Positions 27,014 through 34,348 of a DNA stretch of 41,506 nucleotides are shown here, one piece after another (the first letter of the stretch is position 1; every line of letters begins with the position of its first letter). Under the pieces are notes generated by a model that made no database searches, had not been told where the DNA came from, and saw only the letters and a list, made by a program, of their open reading frames with translations. Made by a program: the position numbers and the translations under genes. The DNA is taken from IMG/VR virus record IMGVR_UViG_3300029866_000016, positions 1-41,506 of that record; one strand, given 5' to 3'. The stretch is from a virus.

Positions 27014-27862
27014 ATGAAATATTTATTACTGACACTGATTTTATTTTCGAACGACTGTTTATCTATTGAGCAAACCAATTTAAAATACGAACTAACTAGT
27101 GAAAAAGAGTGGGGGTATCTGGCAATCGGATATCGCTTAGGGTCTGGTGTTGATATTTATTGTCGATACGAGTACAAGAATATCCAATATGTGCTCTATC
27201 GCAGCCCGAATCGATCAGAAAAAATATCGAAAATATCAATAAGTGCAGAAAATAAGACGCATAACCTGAATTTAAAAAAGAATATCTCCGAGAGTGAATT
27301 TACTGAATTTGTGAAAGCAGATAACATACGTCTGACAATGTATGCAAGGACTAAGTGGAAACGGTTTCGGAGAAGTCCGGTCGCTAAACTAGACAGTGAA
27401 AAACTACTAGACTTAGTGACTCAATGTAATCTAAAGAAGAAAGCTCGAATTGATAATAGAGCACAATTGTATAAAAAGAGAAAGGAGAGGATTAGCAAAA
27501 TTGCTGATAACTTTGGATTAACTCCGATGTTTGGTGGTAGTAATGTTGCAAGCTTTGAGGAAATTATCACACAAATATCACAACGCGGAGAGGTCAACAC
27601 ACGCGGTCAGTTCGTACGAGTGCAGAATGGGTTTTATCGAGTGACACAAGTTATTGGCAAACGTGGTGCTATATTATCAAGTTATGGATTTAGCAATCAA
27701 CCACTGATTAGGATTAACACAGTTGGGCCCGTGATACAAGGCCAAGACTGGGCCCGCACAAGTAGTTTAGTTAAATTTGTTGAAGTCACCTCTGCTACGA
27801 CCGTGCTCGGAGCTTCGCGCCAGATAATCGTGTTTGACCAACTATCAATCGACACAAACTAA
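27014..27862 (+). CDS. Secreted or membrane-associated Lys-rich protein (282 aa), unknown function
   Basis: N-terminal signal-like MKYLLLTLILFSNDCLS. Visibly AT-rich. Ends 2 nt before the convergent terL stop. Confidence 0.5.
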   Translation: MKYLLLTLILFSNDCLSIEQTNLKYELTSEKEWGYLAIGYRLGSGVDIYCRYEYKNIQYVLYRSPNRSEKISKISISAENKTHNLNLKKNISESEFTEFVKADNIRLTMYARTKWKRFRRSPVAKLDSEKLLDLVTQCNLKKKARIDNRAQLYKKRKERISKIADNFGLTPMFGGSNVASFEEIITQISQRGEVNTRGQFVRVQNGFYRVTQVIGKRGAILSSYGFSNQPLIRINTVGPVIQGQDWARTSSLVKFVEVTSATTVLGASRQIIVFDQLSIDTN

Positions 27863-27864
27863 AA

Positions 27865-29262
27865 TTACATATATCGCAAAACAACAGACCAGGTTAACAG
27901 CGCCATCGTCATAGCGTCGACCTGGTCATCATGACGATGTGACATGTCAGCCTGGAAGCCCGTACACTCGTCAATAAATCCCACAATCCATGGGGCTATT
28001 GACGAGTCGGGCAGCCACACCTTTTCCTCATGAATCGACCAGCTTGCGGCTTTAACACGAGATAATTTATCATCCCCTTGCAATTCAAAATCACTAGGCA
28101 GCCAGGGGATAACTTTAATATCGGTATACTCTTCGAGCACTTGTAGCAAGCTCGTACCGCTGACTTTATCTTCAATAAACATGCCAACCGGTGCAATCCC
28201 GTGTGATAAATCACAATGTTTACCCCAAAATGCCTTAGCGTGTTTAACTAAATCAGGAAATGCCCAGCGACCTCTTACTTGATCAAGTAGGTATAATCTC
28301 TTGTCATCTTCAACACCCCAGAGCTGAAATACCGTCGGATCATTAGCATCTTTGGTTTTCATGGCCGTATCAGCGGTGACGAATGTCAGTCTACACCGCT
28401 TTTTGACTTCAGTCAGGTCTGCATAATGTTGCCACCATTCCTCTTTTATCACACTACCCGTTGGATGGCGCGGTTCTTGCTGGTACTGTGACCAATATGT
28501 AAACTCGTCGACTTGCTCCAACTTTTTAAGATACTCTAATGATGCGGTTGATTCCCACACAGCTAGGTCGGTGATACGGTCGTGTCCTGGTATTTTGACC
28601 TGATACCACAATTCGGGCTCATTTGCAAGTACCCATCCTGATAAATCTTGTGGATGGGTACGCTGCATAATTAAAATATAAGGTGTGTTGGTTTTATTTC
28701 TGCGATTTTGTGCGGTGCCCGTATACCAGTCAATATTTTTCTTGAGCATCAACTCACTGCGCGAATCGCCAGGCTTAATCGGATCATCGATACCAAAAAA
28801 CCCAGCAAACCCAGCACGTTTTTGACCCGCGCCAAACCCCGTGATAGCACCCCCCACACCCGCCGCACGCAGTCCACCACGCATCGAGGTGTGAAACTCG
28901 TCCATCCTATCCGAGCGTCCTTTATCAAGTGACGCAGCGGGGAACATCGACCGATACCATTCTTCACGCATCGTATTGCGAATTTTGTCGGAGCTTTCTT
29001 TGGCTCGCTCTTTTACATATGCACTAAGTATATATAGTGAGTCCGGCAAATGACCAATTGACCATTCTACCGCTGCCTCAAGCAGATCAGTTTTACCAAA
29101 TCGCGGAGGTAAATTAATAACTAAATTACGCTTACCATCCGGCAGCTTACCGGCGATACACAACTCGATAGCGCGACAAATAGTGACAACATGTGGCAAT
29201 ATCAAAAATAAACTGTTACGTGATTTGGCCTTGGCTCTCACATAATCAACTAGTCTCAGCAT
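27865..29262 (-). CDS. terL: Terminase large subunit
   Basis: About 465 aa following terS. It has an ATPase-like N-terminus (NLPPRFGKT Walker A-like) and a nuclease-like C-terminus. ATG at 29262 follows GGAGAG. The ORF-track start at 29280 is a TTG. Confidence 0.8.
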   Translation of the reverse strand: MLRLVDYVRAKAKSRNSLFLILPHVVTICRAIELCIAGKLPDGKRNLVINLPPRFGKTDLLEAAVEWSIGHLPDSLYILSAYVKERAKESSDKIRNTMREEWYRSMFPAASLDKGRSDRMDEFHTSMRGGLRAAGVGGAITGFGAGQKRAGFAGFFGIDDPIKPGDSRSELMLKKNIDWYTGTAQNRRNKTNTPYILIMQRTHPQDLSGWVLANEPELWYQVKIPGHDRITDLAVWESTASLEYLKKLEQVDEFTYWSQYQQEPRHPTGSVIKEEWWQHYADLTEVKKRCRLTFVTADTAMKTKDANDPTVFQLWGVEDDKRLYLLDQVRGRWAFPDLVKHAKAFWGKHCDLSHGIAPVGMFIEDKVSGTSLLQVLEEYTDIKVIPWLPSDFELQGDDKLSRVKAASWSIHEEKVWLPDSSIAPWIVGFIDECTGFQADMSHRHDDQVDAMTMALLTWSVVLRYM

Positions 29263-29791
29263 TGATGATACTCTCCGCAAACTGCTCTGCTACTAATAGT
29301 GGGTTGTCAAGCACGGGCGGTGTAATATGTTTAATCTCACTCACCTCTTTAAAGGCTTGTACATCGATGTGTTTGCCGATTAACTCCAGCACTTTCACCC
29401 GATCATGTATTTTTGGTGTCACCGTTAGTTGGCCTTGTATCTCCTTGATTTCATACCCCGTAATCATTCGCTGCTGGGCATATGTCAAGTCCTGGACGGG
29501 TTTAGGGTTGCCCTGGTCATCAAATAATTGACGTATGTCGCCGAGGCCAACCATCATCAGCTCACGTAGCACTGTCGCTGCGGTGATGTGTAACTCGTCA
29601 GCGACTGCATCCATGAGTGTTTGCACATAGACGCGCAGTAACTCATCACTATTAAAGTGTGACTTGCACGACCGTGCAACACTCTCACTATATCCGCACA
29701 TTTGGCCCGCTCGATACGCATTGTTACAGGCTACATAAAACTGTGCCCACAACCGGCGACGAGGGCTTATTGTTAAAAATATCTTGTTCAT
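29246..29791 (-). CDS. terS: Terminase small subunit
   Basis: LTISPRRRLWAQFYVACNNAYRAGQMCGYSESVA matches the Terminase_2 pattern (LT.kq..F..eY....Na..AA..AGYS). Confidence 0.75.
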   Translation of the reverse strand: MNKIFLTISPRRRLWAQFYVACNNAYRAGQMCGYSESVARSCKSHFNSDELLRVYVQTLMDAVADELHITAATVLRELMMVGLGDIRQLFDDQGNPKPVQDLTYAQQRMITGYEIKEIQGQLTVTPKIHDRVKVLELIGKHIDVQAFKEVSEIKHITPPVLDNPLLVAEQFAESIINAETS

Positions 29792-29796
29792 ACACC

Positions 29797-29805
29797 ATTA
29801 TATCA
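29797..29805 (-). promoter_or_regulatory. Perfect extended -10 (TGaTATAAT) immediately upstream of terS
   Basis: The minus strand reads TGATATAAT-ggtgt-ATG. Only 5 nt separate the hexamer from the terS ATG. Confidence 0.35.
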
Positions 29806-29863
29806 CGTCATTTATTTGATGGTTTTGACCTCAAACGCATCAAATATTGGTGTATATCACACA

Positions 29864-30020
29864 CTCTCAAAATTTAGGGGATACTCTCAAATTTTGAGAG
29901 AACGCCGCCAACTTTTTGACGCATCAATTGGCTCTCAAATTCTTGATCTAATACTAGTTAAATTTTGAGAGCTAATTTTAAATTTTGAGAGCTAATTTTA
30001 AATTTTGAGAGCTAAAATTT
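29864..30020. repeat. Iteron family A: CTCTCAAAW, 3 direct and 4 inverted copies, including a 17-bp palindrome and a 3x 20-bp tandem repeat
   Basis: Forward copies at 29864, 29884 and 29932. Reverse copies (ttttgagag) at about 29892, 29964, 29984 and 30004. Tandem aaattttgagagctaatttt x3 at 29961-30020. Confidence 0.8.
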
Positions 30021-30124
30021 AGACTTTTAGGGCTTCTATCTAATACTAGTTAGGGGGTTAGTTAGGACTTACTCCAAAGATTGGAACAGACCCTAAACCG
30101 TCTAAATCTAATATTAGTTAGGGG
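29946..30124 (+). repeat. Three dispersed copies of ATCTAATAYTAGTTA(GGGG)
   Basis: Copies at 29946-29960, 30038-30057 and 30106-30124. Each contains an AATACT/AATATT -10-like hexamer. Copy 2 has TTAGAC 17 nt upstream. Confidence 0.7.
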
Positions 30125-30159
30125 AAAAGTGCTACATTTTTGACCACTTTTTTTGAGAA

Positions 30160-30268
30160 CCCAGTATCTATGCGGGCTACAGTCGCACCGACTTGTCCCG
30201 ACTATTCCGACTATTTTGGGGGTGATTTTAGGGTAGTTGGTGCGCCTGTAGCCCGCATAGATACTGGG
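30160..30268. repeat. Perfect 22-bp inverted repeat with 65-nt spacer (long hairpin/cruciform)
   Basis: cccagtatctatgcgggctaca (30160-30181) pairs with tgtagcccgcatagatactggg (30247-30268). Pairing extends imperfectly inward (gcaccgact/agttggtgc). Confidence 0.85.
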
Positions 30269-30498
30269 CTCCACAAGTTGATAATTCCGACTACCCCGAC
30301 TTTTTGGAACATCTCAGAATTCTAGAGTTTCTGTATATGTGTGGATGTGTGTATATGCGGTATTGTATCTATTTAGTAGTCTATAATCACTCAGGCATAC
30401 TACTATTATACTCATTATTAATATCTTTATAAAGTCGGGGTAAGTAGGGGTAAGTAGAGAAAAACCCAGCAAATATATGGGCTACAGTCGCACCGACT
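30188..30498. repeat. Iteron family B: YCCGACT, 6 forward and at least 1 reverse copy, flanking an AT-rich segment, plus a 20-bp direct repeat
   Basis: ccgact at 30188, 30198, 30207, 30287, 30296 and 30493. agtcgg at 30433. gggctacagtcgcaccgact at 30174-30193 and 30479-30498. AT-rich tract at 30330-30430. Confidence 0.75.
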
Positions 30499-30575
30499 AG
30501 TTGGGATTTCATCGGAATCGGTCGGGACTGGTGAAATTATGATAAACTGTGGACACAAACAGAGAGGCGAACATT

Positions 30576-32183
30576 GTGAAATTATATCCAGACCAGCTCA
30601 TGCTGGAAGCGGACATTTTTACGGCGTGGGATCGAGGCGCGAATGATGTTCTGGCGGTCTTACCGACCGGCGGAGGTAAGACGATACTCAACGCGTCCAT
30701 TGTCAAAAAACTAAATGTCCCTACCGCTGTGGTAGCTCATCGCAGCGAATTAGTTGCACAGTTATCTCACGCGTTAGCAAGATGGGACATACGTCACGAC
30801 ATCATTGCACCCACATCTATCATCCAGACAATCCGACACAATCACTATGACCCAGCCAGTGCGGTCAAAGTAGGCAGTGTGCAAACTCTTAACGCTCGCA
30901 AAAATCTGTATGAGCCGTGGATTAAGCAGGTGCAACTCTACTGCACGGACGAAGCCCATCATCTTTGCAAAAATAATCAATGGGGGCGATGTCGAGAGTT
31001 ATTTATCAACGCTAAAGGTCTTGGATGGACTGCAACACCCTCTAGGATGGACGGGAAGGGACTTGGACGCCACGCAGACGGTTATTTTGATACCATGGTA
31101 GGGGGTAAAACTTTAAGAGCTCTTATCGACGCTGAGCGACTTTGTGATTATCGACTGATTGCTCCACCATCCGACATTGACATCAATAATCTTAAAATTG
31201 GAGCGTCGGGTGAATACACTCCAAAAACAGTTAAGACTGAGGTTAAAACCAGTCATATTGTTGGTGATATTGTGCAACATTATTTGACTTTTGCACCAGG
31301 TAAACTAGCGTTTGTGTTCGCTGATTGCGTGGAGAATGGTGCGGATATTGCATTAAATTTCAATCGCGTGGGAATTAGGGCTGAGATATTATCTGCGACG
31401 ACCCCGGCTGTTGTACGTGCGGACGTACTCACAAAGTTTAAAAACCGTGAAATTACAGTCATTGTAAATGTGGATTTATTCGGTGAGGGGGTTGATGTTC
31501 CTGCGTTAGAAGTTGTAATAATGGCTCGTCCCACTAACTCACTCAATCTTTACATTCAACAGTTTGGTCGAGCGCTGAGAGTGTCGCCGGGTAAAACCCG
31601 CGGGATTATTATCGATCATGTTAATAATTGGCAGCGACACAATTTGCCGGATTCACCACGCGATTGGTCATTAGATCGTAGAGAAAAGAGAGCGAAACAT
31701 GACAAAGATCCCAATTTAATATCTCTGCGCGACTGTGAGCATTGCTATCAGCCCTATGTTGCGTATTTAAGTCGATGTCCATATTGCGGGCACGTACCAA
31801 CTCCGACGCCGCGGGGTGGGCCGGAGTTGGTGGCGGGTAATTTATTAGAGTTTACACCTGAAGTGTTGCGGCAACTGCGGGGAGAAATTGACCGCTTGGA
31901 ATTGCACGACAGTCATGTCAAAGCCAAAATGTTACATGCGGGAGCAACCCCCCTTGTCGCTAACAGTGCTGCTAAATTGCACAGAGAGCGTGCGACAAGT
32001 CTTGATACTCTCAAGCATACGATTGCATGCTGGGGTGCGTTGCAACGATCAAAAGGACTTGATGATGCCGAAAGTTATCGACTCTTTTATATGCAATATG
32101 GAATCGATGTGATGACTGCTCAGACACTCGGTGCAAAAGATTGTGATGCGTTGATAATTAAATTATCGCCAACCCTTGCATAG
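30576..32183 (+). CDS. SF2 DNA helicase (DEAH box) with C-terminal zinc ribbon
   Basis: LPTGGGKT (motif I), TDEAHH (II), TATPSR (III), QQFGRALR (VI) and CEHC...CPYCGH. The likely start is GTG at 30576, 8 nt after agagagg. The ORF-track start is GTG at 30549. Confidence 0.8.
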   Translation: MKLYPDQLMLEADIFTAWDRGANDVLAVLPTGGGKTILNASIVKKLNVPTAVVAHRSELVAQLSHALARWDIRHDIIAPTSIIQTIRHNHYDPASAVKVGSVQTLNARKNLYEPWIKQVQLYCTDEAHHLCKNNQWGRCRELFINAKGLGWTATPSRMDGKGLGRHADGYFDTMVGGKTLRALIDAERLCDYRLIAPPSDIDINNLKIGASGEYTPKTVKTEVKTSHIVGDIVQHYLTFAPGKLAFVFADCVENGADIALNFNRVGIRAEILSATTPAVVRADVLTKFKNREITVIVNVDLFGEGVDVPALEVVIMARPTNSLNLYIQQFGRALRVSPGKTRGIIIDHVNNWQRHNLPDSPRDWSLDRREKRAKHDKDPNLISLRDCEHCYQPYVAYLSRCPYCGHVPTPTPRGGPELVAGNLLEFTPEVLRQLRGEIDRLELHDSHVKAKMLHAGATPLVANSAAKLHRERATSLDTLKHTIACWGALQRSKGLDDAESYRLFYMQYGIDVMTAQTLGAKDCDALIIKLSPTLA

Positions 32184-32239
32184 TGCATAATTTGATGATA
32201 TTGTACTCACAAGTTTAAGTTAATGAGAGGCTATAACAC

Positions 32240-32863
32240 ATGATTAAATTTAAAATACCAGCAGAGCAAATTAGAGCCGCACTAATTCACGTCGCAAAGG
32301 GTGATGTTAGATATTTTCTTTGCGGTATCCACGTCGCAAAAAACAACGACGTGGTATCAACTAATGATCACACACTATTTTTAAGCGACAATGACGTGCT
32401 TAATGCTTTTGATAATGCCGATGGCGGTTTTGATTTGTCTGAGTGTTATGAGTACCCAGAGGATGGCATCATCTTGGATACGTCTAATAAATGGCCTATT
32501 TTGGACAGTAAGGTTAAATACGTTGGTGTCGAGATAGACTATGGTACTGAAACTGCGAACATCTCTTATCATGTGTTCGTCGATAAACAATTAAAAACTG
32601 CACGTCAAACCGTTGAATTCGCCGTAAAACTTATCGGTGCTAAGTTCCCTGACTATCAGCGTGTTATGCCCACACGCAACGACTCAGAGCCGACACCCAC
32701 AATCATAAACTTTTCGCCCGCGCTACTCGCTACGATTGCCAAAACATTTCCTCGCAAAAACACCGGTGTGTCGATTGAGATATTTGGGGCTAATACTGCG
32801 ATTAAGATTACGAGTAAATACTCTCCGACATTTATATTAATCATCATGCCATGTCGAGTATGA
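32240..32863 (+). CDS. Truncated DNA polymerase III beta-clamp-like protein (207 aa)
   Basis: DVRYFLCGI (E. coli DnaN: DVRYYLNGM), STNDHTLFL (ATDGHRLAV), GAKFPDYQRVMPTRN (DGRFPDYRRVLPKN), C-terminal IIMPCRV (VVMPMRL). Confidence 0.6.
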   Translation: MIKFKIPAEQIRAALIHVAKGDVRYFLCGIHVAKNNDVVSTNDHTLFLSDNDVLNAFDNADGGFDLSECYEYPEDGIILDTSNKWPILDSKVKYVGVEIDYGTETANISYHVFVDKQLKTARQTVEFAVKLIGAKFPDYQRVMPTRNDSEPTPTIINFSPALLATIAKTFPRKNTGVSIEIFGANTAIKITSKYSPTFILIIMPCRV

Positions 32864-32938
32864 TAACGGATGACTCACAACTAACTAAATTTGATTGATA
32901 AACGGCTCGCGAAGAGTTTTACACAAAAGAGGCAGAAA

Positions 32939-33934
32939 ATGAAATTTGATATCTTAAATCGGGTCGGTAATGAAGTGAAATTTACGGCAGACATAGACTG
33001 TAGTGAATCATTGTTAGAGGCGCAGAAATTGGGTTTAGCGGTGAAGTGGGCGGTGAGGTGGGTGATTAGAAGTCGTACCGAACTGCGTGGTGCCGATCTG
33101 AGAGGCGTCGACCTGAATAATGTCGACCTGAGTGGGGCCGACCTGAGTGGTGCCGATCTGAGAGGCGTCGACCTGAGCGGGGTCGACCTGCATGATTCCG
33201 ACCTGCATGATTCCGACCTGCATGATTCCGACCTGCATGATTCCGACCTGCGTGGGGCCGACCTGAGCGATTCCGACCTGAGCGGGGCCAACCTGAGCGG
33301 GGCCAACCTGCACGGGGCCAACCTGCGCGGGGCCGACCTGCGCGGGGCCGATCTGCGCGGGGCCGACCTGAGCGGGGCCAACCTGCGTGGGGCCGACCTG
33401 AGTGATTCCGACCTGAGCGGGGCCAACCTGAGCGATTCCAACCTGCGCGGGGCCAACCTGAGCGGGGCCAACCTGAGCGGGGCCAACCTGCGCGATTCCG
33501 ACCTGCGCGGGGTCGACCTGCGCGGGGCCAACCTGAGCGGGGCCAACCTGCGCGATTCCGACCTGCGCGGGGTCGACCTGCGCGGGGCCAACCTGAGCGG
33601 GGCCAACCTGGATAATTCCGACTGGGTACCAAAAATCGAAAACATCCACGCCACCGTATATGCCGCTGCGAAGGAGGGAGATGCTCTTGACATGGATCAA
33701 TGGCATACATGCGAGACCACCCATTGTCGGGCGGGATGGGTGGTCACTCTTGCCGGGGCGGCGGGGAAGGTTATGGAGGGTGTTTACGGGACGAGTGCGG
33801 CGGCAGCATTAATCTATATGTCTAGTGATCCGGCTATGAAAAAGATACCAAATTGGTTAGCGTTGGATGAAGATGCTCTGCAAGATATGCAAGAAATGGC
33901 AGAAGCGGAACAACTAACTAAAGAGGCAACATGA
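32939..33934 (+). CDS. Pentapeptide-repeat protein (35 consecutive repeats) with Cys/His C-terminal domain
   Basis: Start MKFDILNRV follows aaagagg. Repeats are [RSH][GD][ASV][DN]L x35, then ...WHTCETTHCRAGW.... The ORF-track 5' extension to 32891 starts at a TTG. Confidence 0.85.
   Translation: MKFDILNRVGNEVKFTADIDCSESLLEAQKLGLAVKWAVRWVIRSRTELRGADLRGVDLNNVDLSGADLSGADLRGVDLSGVDLHDSDLHDSDLHDSDLHDSDLRGADLSDSDLSGANLSGANLHGANLRGADLRGADLRGADLSGANLRGADLSDSDLSGANLSDSNLRGANLSGANLSGANLRDSDLRGVDLRGANLSGANLRDSDLRGVDLRGANLSGANLDNSDWVPKIENIHATVYAAAKEGDALDMDQWHTCETTHCRAGWVVTLAGAAGKVMEGVYGTSAAAALIYMSSDPAMKKIPNWLALDEDALQDMQEMAEAEQLTKEAT
33086..33610 (+). repeat. 15-nt periodic coding tandem array (pentapeptide repeats) with perfect internal duplications
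   Basis: catgattccgacctg x4, perfect (33191-33250). 33481-33540 is identical to 33541-33600 (60 nt). Confidence 0.9.
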
Positions 33935-34024
33935 ATGAGTTGGCTCTTTTCGCGGGTGAGCTTAAGTTACTTGACAAACAGCTCGCGAGGGGGTTTACCC
34001 AAGAGGATCAAAGGAGGTACGAGC

Positions 34025-34348
34025 ATGCGTGTTGGATGTCATAAAAATGTAACTGAGTACGATGGTGCATTTAATTGTCTTGACTGCAATAATAAATGGG
34101 GAGCACTCGGCCCTGACTACCCTAACAACGCGTCAAAATATTGCGACGTTAAGCTATTATCGTTGACGGGCAAGACTAACACGAGATATTGTGATAAGAC
34201 CCACCAGAGCCACATTTGGATAAATTGGCAAACTAACGATCGTCAGTGTGAAACTAGCGAAGATCAATTATCAGCGATACTCTATGATGTGTTTAAAAAG
34301 TTGGAGTCAGGCGTAACAGTTGAATTAAGTGTGACCCAAAATGAATAG
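34025..34348 (+). CDS. Cys-rich small protein (107 aa), possible zinc binder
   Basis: Strong RBS aaggagg 7 nt before the ATG at 34025. Sequence: MRVGCHKNVTEYDGAFNCLDCNNKW...YCD...YCDKTH...C. The ORF-track start at 33935 lies in the intergenic motif. Confidence 0.55.
   Translation: MRVGCHKNVTEYDGAFNCLDCNNKWGALGPDYPNNASKYCDVKLLSLTGKTNTRYCDKTHQSHIWINWQTNDRQCETSEDQLSAILYDVFKKLESGVTVELSVTQNE

Noticed and set aside
29872-30233. Recurrent TTAGGG / CCCTAAA hexamers (telomere-like)
   Set aside because: There are only five or six scattered copies, not in tandem. They form part of the larger ATCTAATAYTAGTTAGGGG and other repeats, and there is no evidence of linear hairpin or telomere biology (no protelomerase gene).
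30062-30325. ORF-track ORFs of 70 aa (minus) and 61 aa (plus) in the control region
   Set aside because: They mirror each other across the 22-bp inverted repeat and iterons. They have no RBS and lie in a region better explained as origin or operators. I kept them only as a remote possibility.
29792-30548. tRNA or tmRNA-like gene in the long intergenic region
   Set aside because: I found no cloverleaf, no T-loop GTTCGAATC-like box and no 7-bp acceptor pairing. The long hairpin has a 22-bp stem, which is incompatible with a tRNA.
33086-33610. Possible CRISPR-like array, because of the highly regular short repeats
   Set aside because: The period is 15 nt with no unique spacers. The repeats are in frame and encode canonical pentapeptide repeats. 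There are no cas genes or leader.
32881-33724. Three long minus-strand ORFs (270, 229 and 214 aa) overlapping the pentapeptide gene
   Set aside because: They are by-products of the GC-rich 15-nt periodic repeat, which lacks stop codons in every frame. Their products are pure low-complexity (RLAPLRS / VGPAQ / GWPRS). They have no RBS, and the plus-strand frame has a clear start, flanking domains and context.
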